Shown in pieces: positions 15,101 to 53,640 of a stretch of 64,000 nucleotides of DNA (within the stretch, counting starts at the first letter, position 1; each line of letters begins with the position of its first letter). Source of the stretch: Octopus bimaculoides (lineage: Eukaryota); the NCBI RefSeq assembly GCF_001194135.2, contig NC_068987.1, positions 5,039,564 through 5,103,563 on the forward strand, read 5' to 3'. The notes beneath the pieces were generated by a model that saw only the letters and a list, made by a program, of their open reading frames with translations, was not told the origin of the DNA and searched no databases. Both the position numbers and the translations under genes were made by a program.

Positions 15101-15771
15101 TGAAAGAAGCCCATTGTGTGTGTGTGTGTGTGTTTGTTCTCCACCACCACTTGACAACTAGTGTTGGTATGGTTACACCCCCGTAACTTAGTGGTTCAGT
15201 GAAACTGAACCCAGAACCTTGTGATTGGAAAGCAAACAACTCAACCTTGTGTGTCTGATGACAATATTAAAATGTAAGAAAGGAACCCTAACTTAATAAT
15301 CCAACTATCATACACTTTTTTTTTATCATCAGATACCAATAAAATTTTTTTGAAAAGCTGCAGGGAACAAATTAGTTTCTCACCTGTATGCATGTCGTGA
15401 AGAAATTCTCATCATCATCTGAGAACATGCTTTTGTTGCAATCAATTAGAAAGATCATTCCATCTTTAGAATTGTAAATAATCTGAAAAGAGATTGATTT
15501 AATTACCTTGATGTTATTAATTACTCTATTACATGGCATAAAAGATGCACTCCAATTATAGTAGCAAGAACAAAATTAGCTTATAGAAAGCCAAACTGAA
15601 GGGCAGTATGGTTAAACTTCTAAATATACAAATGTAAAACTAAATCACTGACATTCACTGATTAAGAAGAAAAGAAAATTTTTTGATAAATTGGAATATA
15701 TATCTTACTTTTTCTTCAGCAACATCTTCGTCTTCAAGGTCATCTTTGAATCCAAAATGGTAAGAGTCCAT
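206..15771 (-). CDS. XRCC6: Ku70 (XRCC6), NHEJ DNA end-binding subunit; multi-exon, 3' end (SAP-domain exon) off the window
   Basis: Minus-strand exons with GT-AG ends and consistent phase: 15709-15771 (MDSYHFGFKDDLEDEDVAEEK), 15384-15482 (IIYNSKDGMIFLIDCNKSMF..), 13081-13155 (CVQSTLKNKIIQNNRDLVGVVFFGT), 12556-12603, 11390-11444 (DLARPNAERIIEIE), 10401-10494, 10119-10197 (QRILLFTNKDEPH), 8884-8988, 7686-7765, 6671-6754, [missing exon, probably in gap 5670-6403], 5279-5393 (TGETLMPQDIK), 4890-4978 (GFKLLGF..HFIYPEEK), 4149-4277 (LFSALLDRCL..EYVALLPQ), [missing exon, probably in gap 2669-3298], 1762-1923 (FDNPPLKYHW), 778-878, 206-298. The peptides are collinear with the Ku70 vWA, beta-barrel and C-terminal arm sequence as recalled from human Ku70. 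Confidence 0.96.
2669..3298. other. Assembly gap (others: 5670-6403, 7968-8412, 14437-14622, 23107-23617, 26672-27122, 39326-39351, 57475-57629, 62465-62552)
   Basis: Runs of N. The gaps at 2669-3298 and 5670-6403 coincide with the two missing Ku70 exons. Confidence 0.99.
3816..3997. mobile_element. mariner-derived MITE
   Basis: TA-flanked TIRs GGGGCTGAAGAGTTCCTGGCTT / AAGCCAAGAACTTTTCAGCCCC. The minus-strand interior translates LEGLEKLKDHCSNFVN*REEYVE, which resembles a mariner transposase C-terminus. Confidence 0.65.
8517..8618 (-). mobile_element. RTE-LINE 3' tail copy (representative; others at about 520-700, 6820-6990, 7330-7520, 11660-11850, 24060-24360, 26380-26671, 27390-27600, 31941-32240, 37070-37240, 44430-44704, 47331-47545, 47860-48290, 52830-53010, 58370-58480, 60330-60650, 62640-62800)
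   Basis: Near-identical to the 3' UTR/tail at 57830-57970 (GTGGTTGGCGTTAGGAAGGGCATCCAGCTGTAGAAAC..CCAACCCATGCTAGCATGGAAA..TTAAACGATGAT). Confidence 0.85.
9019..9575. repeat. Unclassified interspersed repeat (~550 bp); truncated copy at 30928-31096
   Basis: The two copies share GAGTGAGAGAGCAGCGCATGCCATCAAAGTGAC...GATAAACAACACATGA at high identity. Confidence 0.7.
10537..10762. mobile_element. piggyBac-type MITE, family 2 (other copies at about 31771-32270, interrupted by an RTE tail, and about 51340-51550)
   Basis: TTAA|CCCTTTA...CAGATTACTCTGTCAAA...GCTAAAAGC|TTAA; the internal sequence is shared among the copies. Confidence 0.65.
14000..14307 (-). mobile_element. tRNA-derived SINE, third family (head also at 2313-2491)
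   Basis: GTGGAGGCACATAGACTAGTGGTTAGCGCAGCGGACTTGCAGTC..GGGTTTGAATCTC tRNA-like head with A/B boxes, followed by a non-tRNA body. Confidence 0.75.
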
Positions 15772-16661
15772 TTTCCTGAGTCCATAAATATAACAGTAAG
15801 CCAATATATATTTTATCCGAAATTGTTGATTTTATTTTTGACTTAACAACAGTAAAACAATAACAACTAGTAAATACTTGGTTTAAATTTTGGCCCAAGG
15901 CCAACAGGTTGGGGGTGGTGGTGCTAAATTGATTGCATCGGCCCTAGTACTCAACTAGTACTTATTTTATCGATCCCAAAAGGATGAAAGGTAAATTAAC
16001 CCAGGCAGAATTCAAGCTCAGGACATAAAGACGGTTTGCCCCCTCCACCAAAACCGGTGGTCTTGTGCCAGTATCAGAAACCCATAACGTATAAATCTAT
16101 AACTGTGCTATAGGTATTACAGTGTTTGTTGGTCGCATATAAATCAATAAAATACATTTGAATATAGCGCCAAACTATTTTAAGAGTTACTTTGACACGA
16201 AAAAGTCAAAGTCGTTCGAAACGTTAAGGCCTCAAGAAAATTGCCGAACTGTTATAATACTTCCATTCAAACTTCGTTGAATTTTATGATTGATTTTGTA
16301 TAGGACTTTATGATACCTGTGGAGCATCTCCTCCCATTATAGGACCTTCCAAATATTCAATAAAAATTCAACTGCCTCATGTTGGGGAAAAATACCTCCG
16401 TAGTTAACTTTGTAAATCTCATATAATTTATCGAGTCGATGATAGTGGGGCAACTTTGGCTGTAATGCTTTCTAATTTAGGCACAGGTAACTTTGAGGGG
16501 AGGGTTAAGTGGATAACATCGCCCCAGTACTCGAAGGGTACTTTATTTTGTCAACCCCGATGAGATGAAAGGTAAAGTTGGTGCCGGCGGGATTTGAACT
16601 CAGAATGTAAAGAAGTGCTGCAAGAAATAATGTTTTGCATTCGGGTATAAGTAAACCAACC

Positions 16662-17049
16662 GGTGGAGATGGAGTATATGTAATCTGGGTATACCCCCCC
16701 CCCTTTTAAATTTTGTTTTTTTTTACGGAATCCTATGTTTAAGACCATGGAGAATCCGATTCTGAAAAAAAATTTTCAAAAATCTCAATTTCAAAATTTC
16801 GATTCCCCCCCACCCCGGTTTTTATATAGATCAACAGGGTAAACCTAACCCTAACACTAGTTTTGTGAGATTTGGCTGTTATTTCTAGCATGTAAATAGC
16901 CTGCTTGGTGGGGGGGGTGAATTGAAATTTTTCAAAAATTTTTTTTTCAGAATCGGAATCTCCATAGCCTAAAACGTGGGATTCCGTAAAAAAAAATTAA
17001 TAAATAAGGGGGGTGGAAAGGTTCAGATTATATATAGTCCATCTCTACC
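16662..17049. mobile_element. Long-TIR MITE (hAT-like or foldback) in the Ku70 5' region
   Basis: Ends GGTGGAGATGG...CCATCTCTACC with ~150-bp imperfect inverted arms (TTACGGAATCC, GATTCTGAAAAAAAATTTT mirrored). Flanks AACCAACC / AACCTACC look like an 8-bp TSD with one mismatch. Confidence 0.75.
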
Positions 17050-17670
17050 AACCTACCTACAAGGAAGCAGTGAAAGATGTGAGATTCCAGTTATTAATCA
17101 ATGCAGTGATTGATACCCTACGGGACCGTTTGGTAGCGAGAGAGGTGGAATGCAGTTTAATAATACTAAAATACCAATGATGAAATAACAAAGACGATTA
17201 GCAGTATCAAATTGTTGCATCTACCACATTTATAGACAGTATATAACACACTTGTACCTGTTCTGCCGAACTTCGGACTTCATCATAACTTAGTAAAGGA
17301 GGCAGGAGATATTATAAACACTTGTCCAAAGAACCACTTAGTCTCAGAAAGTAAAGGGTAACTTTAACGTCTCTTCAAAGAGTGTCCCACTCCGTACTTT
17401 CTATCAATGTTATTAATATACAAAAATAAAATCATACTCTGTGGAATAACCCCCAATATATTTGCTAATTCTTCGTTATATTGATATAAACACATACAAT
17501 GCCTACTATATTTTTGTATTCGTAATAATATCGATAATCGATTATTCAACAAAGTAAAACAAATTAACCCCATATAAGTTTAAAAAACAACATATATATG
17601 CCTGTGTGTGTGTCTGCATGTGTATGTCTTTACAATTAAACAACATTGACTATGAATAAGTAATTTTTAC

Positions 17671-18644
17671 CGTAATTATCTGAACGACAGTACGCCTTCC
17701 AAGTTGTTTGATTGAATCAATATTTGTTATAAACGAGGAAACGGAAGTGTGACAAAAACGGCGCCAAATTAATCAACAGAAAACTTCATTTTCAAACTTA
17801 GTTGCCTGTCTTTTCAATCATATTTTATTTAATATTCGAGATTTTTCAATAGATATCTCTGATATTCAAATTTCGGATGTCTATTCTATCAATAGTACTT
17901 TACTTATGTATGAAGCGTCGTTATATTTTGCGAATAAGACAATTACTCCGTTTCTGTTATTAATGAAAGGAATAATGTCATTAAGAAAAAGGTAATCTTC
18001 CAGTTTCGAGAGGTAAATGAAATAAATAAAAATATTCAAGGAAATAACTGAACGATTTACCAGTATTATCCGTACTACTTTTTCTCTAAAACAGCATGCG
18101 ACGGAATTTTTTTTTTAATAAAAGTTTAAAATGTTTTTTTCTTTTTACAAACAGCATGCGACGGAATTTTTTTTTTAAATAAAAGTTTAGGGTTTAGGGT
18201 TAGATGTTGTGCAGCCGGTCTTCCACGAAGCATTTTCGATTTCTCATAAGAAACTATGATATTTATTCACGTGTGTGATTTATATATAAACAGTTAACGT
18301 CAATCAAATCACGTGATTTATTTATAAACAAAGTAGTACGGATAATACTGGTAAGACGTTCAGTTATTTCCCTTGTATTTTATTTACTTTTTTAACCTCT
18401 CGAAACTGGAAGATTACCATAGATATATATATAGATATAAATTTCATTTGTAACCGCTGACCAAGAATGAAAGCTAGTGACGAGACCGGAAATTTTCTCA
18501 AGACGGTACAGAACGAAATGGGAGACCGCATAGAAAGAGCGCATGCGTACCTCCATCCAAGCCGCCATCTAAGATTTTGTTTTGTAAAAAGCCTCAGAAC
18601 CGTCGTCTTTGTCGGAGATAAAAAGTTACGCTGGAACCACAATC
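17671..18644. promoter_or_regulatory. Putative bidirectional promoter region shared by Ku70 and DDB1
   Basis: The two ATGs diverge and are 2.87 kb apart. DDB1 side: ETS-like ACCGGAAAT 18485-18493, NRF1-like GCGCATGCGT 18539-18548, YY1-like GCCGCCATCT 18561-18570. Ku70 side: ETS ACGGAAGTG 17741-17749, E2F-like GGCGCCAAA 17760-17768, and a possible non-coding exon donor at 17671/17670. TSSs are not directly observable. Confidence 0.6.
17991..18418. mobile_element. MITE-like element with ~90-bp imperfect terminal inverted repeats
   Basis: GGTAATCTTCCAGTTTCGAGAGG...CCAGTATTATCCGTACTACTTT (17991-18081) is mirrored at 18330-18418. There is an internal ~41-bp direct repeat with a 60-bp period (18088/18148) and TTTAGGGTTTAGGGTTAG. 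No clear TSD. Confidence 0.8.
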
Positions 18645-48459
<29,815 letters not shown>

Positions 48460-48962
48460 GTGTTTGGCCTTAAGGAAAAGGAGCATTTCTCTCTTTCTCT
48501 TTCTTCCAATACCCCTTTCCTCATCCAAAACCCACATCATCCTCATCATCATCACCACCATCATCATTCACCACTATTACTGTAACTGACTCCACCCCAA
48601 TCAGATCCCCCCTCCCCTCGCCCTTGCTTAATTTTTGTTTGTTTCTTTCTTTGGATTGAAGTAGTCTTCTTTTTCATCTTGTTTCTTTCTTTCACCTTAA
48701 ACCCTTCCTTTTCGTCCTTCATTTGCTCTCCTGTTAAATATTGATAGGTAGGGATATGAAGTAGGAGGTCTAAATCACCAATAGGTCTTTGTGTTCCTTC
48801 TCTCACTCCCTCCTCCGTCTCTTCTTCTCTGCTCAGCTCCCTTACCATTCTTTATACTTCATTGAAACAATCTGTGTTCAAACACACTCACACACAAGTT
48901 TTATTTACAAGCCTACATCCATATGCATGTGTGTGTGTATAAATATATATATATATATACCT

Positions 48963-49235
48963 CATTAATAAAACTGCAAAGACGTCACAAAAACTGTTAC
49001 TCAGAGTTTCACGTTCCTGTTCGCCGGACAGTTTTGGTTGAGAATGGAACAAAATATTGTTATATGCATAAATAAATAAATATATATATATATATATATT
49101 TATGAACGTGAAACTCTGAGTAACAGCTTTTGTGATGTCTTTGCAGCTTTATTAATAAAGCATATTACTCTACCCCCGGTAGTCGAGTACTACTTTTTTC
49201 CCACCTTGTATCGCATTTATGTGCTTGCTCTGGTT
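48963..49235. mobile_element. Penelope-like element terminal repeat remnant in inverted arrangement
   Basis: 48963-49016 is the reverse complement (few mismatches) of 49104-49157, separated by an (AT)n-rich spacer. The arm carries the hammerhead 3' half. A related tail recurs at about 56390-56500. The PLE assignment is inferred from the hammerhead and inverted-repeat architecture. Confidence 0.55.
48990..49035 (-). ncRNA. Degenerate minimal hammerhead ribozyme in a Penelope-like repeat downstream of the DDB1 stop
   Basis: Minus strand reads AAAACTGT-CCGGCGA-AC[AGGAAC]GT-GAAA-CTCTGAG-TA^ACAGTTTT. It has an 8-bp stem I and the same GAAACTCTGAGTA as the copy at 29027; the core differs from CUGANGA at two positions. 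Confidence 0.6.
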
Positions 49236-49241
49236 TATATA

Positions 49242-49294
<53 letters not shown>

Positions 49295-52200
49295 AAAATA
49301 ACTCTTATAGGACTAGTAAGACAACTAGTTTGATAAGGGCCATTTATTTAATAAATATATCAGTCATTATCTTTGGCCACATCACCTTGCCATAGATGCA
49401 CGTGTGTGTACATGCACAGGCATCCATACATTTGGTAATAGTTATGTAATGTTAATGCTTAGCTATGAGTGTGTGTTTGCACATTTAACAACAGTCTACC
49501 TTAACTGTTAGATTACTTCCCTTGTTTCAAGTAGCCAGTAAATTGTAAAAGAAGAAAAAATAAACAAGGATGAATCTAAAATACTACACACCAGTTAGAT
49601 AATGCATCCAGCTTCACTTTGTGTAGTCTATCAGCATTTAATACTTTCTCTTGCCAAATAAACTAGTTTTGTCCTCCTACTTCATCCTATGACACTCTCT
49701 CTCTTGCTCTGTCGATTAAACATATTGCGAATCAGTTTGTCTTAGTCATTCAAAGCCAACATTTGTTTCAGGTGTTTATCACCACTTTGCTCCTTCAGTC
49801 TTTTCTTACCTAATCCCCACTCCCCTTAATCACACACACACACACACATGCACACACACATATGCACAGACACAGACAAACACAAACTTTGACTTCCTTT
49901 CTGCTAAATGAGAAACTAAGTTGCTATTGTCAATTTGTATTTGGAAACAGCAGAGGTTATTCAAGCCCACCTCCTTCCATGTTATAAATGATCTTCGTTT
50001 GAGTAGGATTCTGTTGTTTTAAAGTATATCTTTAATTTTAATTTTTTTTAAAAAAAGAAATTTTTTTCCAGTGCCCCCTCCCCCTGCCTCCCTTTAAATA
50101 TTAAATAGTACTTCTCACTTCTGCTACTCCACCTACCATCCAGAAGTGTATCTTGTTGTCATGCTACAATTTGAACTGTAAGAAACAAACAACTAATGAT
50201 AAAGGAAATATTTGAAAATAACAACAACAATAATAAATTAACTTTGTTTTCATTTTATTGCTTTCAATTTATTTGTTGTTGTTTTTGTGATTATTTAAAA
50301 AAAAAAAGTGTGATTTTTAGTTTTTCTCTTTTCTCCACAGCAACAAGATTGGATAAAATAGTTTGTGGCATTTGGCTACATCTCTACGTTTTGAGTTCAA
50401 ATCCTGAATCTTGTTTCTAATGTATCATCATCATGTAAAATGTAAAGTTAACTGAGACCTTACATGTCTCAGTTATCTTTGCTGTCCATTGTTTTTCATA
50501 GGGCTTTGTCAAACAAAACCATAATTGTTTAGTGTGCATTGTGATCTTTATTTCCTGGTCTGTGAATGTAGCAGAGTTGAGTGGGCTTAGGTGTTAAGAG
50601 CATGTTATTCAAATCTTGTCATTTATGACAAATTTTGTCTGATACTCGTATTTTGGCCTTTTAGTTTATGGGATTTAAAATATGGTTTATTTATATGCAA
50701 TTGTTATGCTTTTACAGAGAAACCATTTATTTGTATGTATTAATGTCTAAAACATGCAGCTTATGTATAGCTGAAAAAAGGCTAATCCTGAATAACATCA
50801 ATTCTGGTAATTATCTAAATGCAAGATTGTGATTCTTTTTTAGGACCTTAGGCACTTTTGCTCTTAACTTAAGGATTATCTCAGAACCTTTTCAAACTTT
50901 TAAAATCATACTTCTTTTTCTGTTGGGTAGTAAACTACCCAACTCAGCCACAAAGAGGTTATAAAAATGTGACCATTGTAAGCATCTATTTCTATCTAGC
51001 TATCTGTTTGTTGTTGTACCCAGGTCATACTGGAAAGAGAGGGTAGCAGACACAAGGATCAAGTTCACAAAGCTCTTATATTATGGGCAGACAATGTGCA
51101 ATGGGTCACTGATCAAGATCATTTTGACAGGAAATGTGAAGGGGAAGAGAAGAAGCAGCCATCAAAATGTTTGTAGACGGACAATGTCAAAGAATGGACT
51201 GGAAACAAGAACCTGGCTGATGATGAGTTTTTTTGGTGTTGACTTGACATCGTTAACTCTTAGGGATAAGTGTAATTAAAACAATCCAGTATGTTACTTG
51301 GCACTTATTTTGCTGAGAGCCTACAGAGATGAAAGGGCCCGGTTTATCCCCTTAGCATGCAGATTACTCTGAATAATGTAATGCTTATTTATTCATTGAT
51401 TTGAATTAATCTCGCATTATCTTGTAGCTTTGAGATTTTGAGCAGGTCTTTGTTTAGAATGACATTGTACGGTTAGTATGAGAAGCCAGATCTGGCCAGT
51501 TTGAGTGTGAAATAGAATATTTTGGCTGGTTTAATGCAAAAGGGCTAAACTTGGGCCATAGAGAAATTTTGTTAATATTGGTTTCGAATTTTGGGGAAGG
51601 GGCTAAGTCGATTACATCGACCCCCAATGTTCAACTAGTATTTCTTTTATTGACCCCAAAAGGATGAAAGGCAAAGTCAGAATGCAGACAGAGGATGAAA
51701 TGCTGCTAAGCATTTTGCCCAATTTGCCAACAATTCTACCTGCTCACTGCCTTAAATTCTTTAATATTCAAAGACATTTAGTAAAACTTCTTATACCAAA
51801 AAATGAAAAAGAAAAACTTACAAATAATTTACAAATAATTTTTCTTTATATTTTTATTTATTTTAAATTGAAAGTTTATCTTTCAGGAGACATAAACACA
51901 AGGACATAGACAATATTTATTACAGTGATGAATTTTGACATTTTTAAAAGACCATTGGAGGAATTGGTGAGAACAAGACAATCATGGGAAAGCATTTCAG
52001 AACCATGATATAAGAAATATTTAAATATTTTCTTCTTGTCCTTATGTTTTTTTTTTGTTTTTTTTTCACTTATAATTGCTAAAACCCGACCAGGTTTTAA
52101 GACTATCACATTCCAAATATAATTGAAATTGTTCATGACCAGCTGAAAGGGACGTTAAGTCAGCACTGATAACCAATATGGTACCAGGGAAAAGAAAAAT

Positions 52201-52318
52201 GCTGCTAAAATTTCATTTGCTTAACAGAAAATGCTTCTGCATGCATTATGTATGTGTGTGTGTATGTATATTTACATATGTGTGTCAGTGTTGGAGAGTG
52301 TGAATATATATATATATA

Positions 52319-52479
52319 AATTAAAAGCGTAAAAATAAAAACAGAACACACAGGATTCTGCGTTACACGTGTTTCAAGCTTTATAGTTGTTGCATCATTA
52401 TATTGGTATATAATTGATAGAGAGGATGGTATAAAGCTATCTTCCTTTGTGTTCTGTTTTTATTTTTACGTTTTTAATT
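52319..52479. mobile_element. Inverted-repeat element containing a truncated hammerhead (Penelope-like remnant)
   Basis: 37-bp inverted arms at 52319-52355 and 52443-52479. The minus strand inside reads GAAGA-T-AGCTTTATA...TATAAAGCT-T-GAAA-CACGTG-TA^CGCAG. Confidence 0.55.
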
Positions 52480-53334
52480 TATTCTTTCACCCCGGCCACT
52501 ATCTGGCATATACAGGTGCTTGCAATTATCAAGTATTACCTCTAAAATTTATATATATATATATGTGTGTGTGTTTATTAATTAACAGAAGTTAGAGTGA
52601 CTCGAGAGTTGCAAGTTTTGTGCATTGGATATCCAGCAGGACTAAAAGAAGACCTGTCGATGAGTTTTTGTGGGCCGATGCCTATCCAGTTGAGGAAGGC
52701 AATGGTAAACCACCCCAATATCTCTGCCAAGAAAAAAACACTTTCAGAAAGTCAGAACAAAGTAAAGCTATGGCTTTATCCAATGGGAAAACTTGCACTG
52801 CAAAAGCATATGGTGACGACAACGATATATATCATCATCATTGCCGTTTAACGTCTGCTTCCCATGCTGGCATGGGTTGGACGGTTTGACTGAGGGCTGG
52901 CAAGCCAGAAGTCTGCACCAAGCTCCAGTCCAATTTGGCAATGTTTCTACAGATGGATGCCCTTCTTAACACCAACCACTCAGAGTGTAGTGGGTGCTTT
53001 TTATGTGCCATACACACATACATAATCTTATAAGTTGTATATTCTAGGATTGTTTAAAAATTTGGGGTTGGGTGGATGCAGATGTAACAAGTGGGAACCC
53101 ATTTTGGAGTTAATTTTCGTAAAGCCATTATTATATCTGTGTCTACAATTTCTTTTATATCTAATAATTTTATTGATTCATATCCCTATTAAACAATAAC
53201 ACTGACTTCTCTACCTTCTCATTCTAATCCCATTTTAATTATATAAATTTATTAAATTTACATACAATAAATTTAGACATATAAATATATTTGATTTTGA
53301 AAAAAAAAAAAAATTTCATGGCAAGTTATAATGA

Positions 53335-53640
53335 ACCCTGGCACTCCTTCGGTTACGACGTCAAAGGTTCCAGTTGATCCGATCAACGGAACAGCTTGTT
53401 TGTGAAATTAATATGCTGAGGACTCTACAGACACATGTGCCCTTAATATAGTTCTCAAGGAGATTCAGTGAATCACAGAATGTGACAAGGCTGGCCCTTG
53501 AAATTACAGGTACTACTCATTTTTGCCAGGTGAGTGGACCAGAGCATCGAGAAATAAAGTGTCTTGCTCAAGAACACAATGTGCCACCGGGAGTCAAACC
53601 TATGAACGCAAGTCACATACCCTAACCACTAAGCCATCCA
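53335..53640 (-). mobile_element. tRNA-derived SINE, fourth family (tail also at about 2005-2105)
   Basis: Head GGATGGCTTAGTGGTTAGGGTATGTGAC..GTTTGACTCCC; tail GCTGTTCCGTTGATCGGATCAACTGGAAC. Confidence 0.65.

Noticed and set aside
18364-18642. 92-aa minus-strand ORF as a possible first exon of the divergent gene
   Set aside because: Its C-terminal part is the MITE inverted repeat; the true Ku70 ATG is at 15771.
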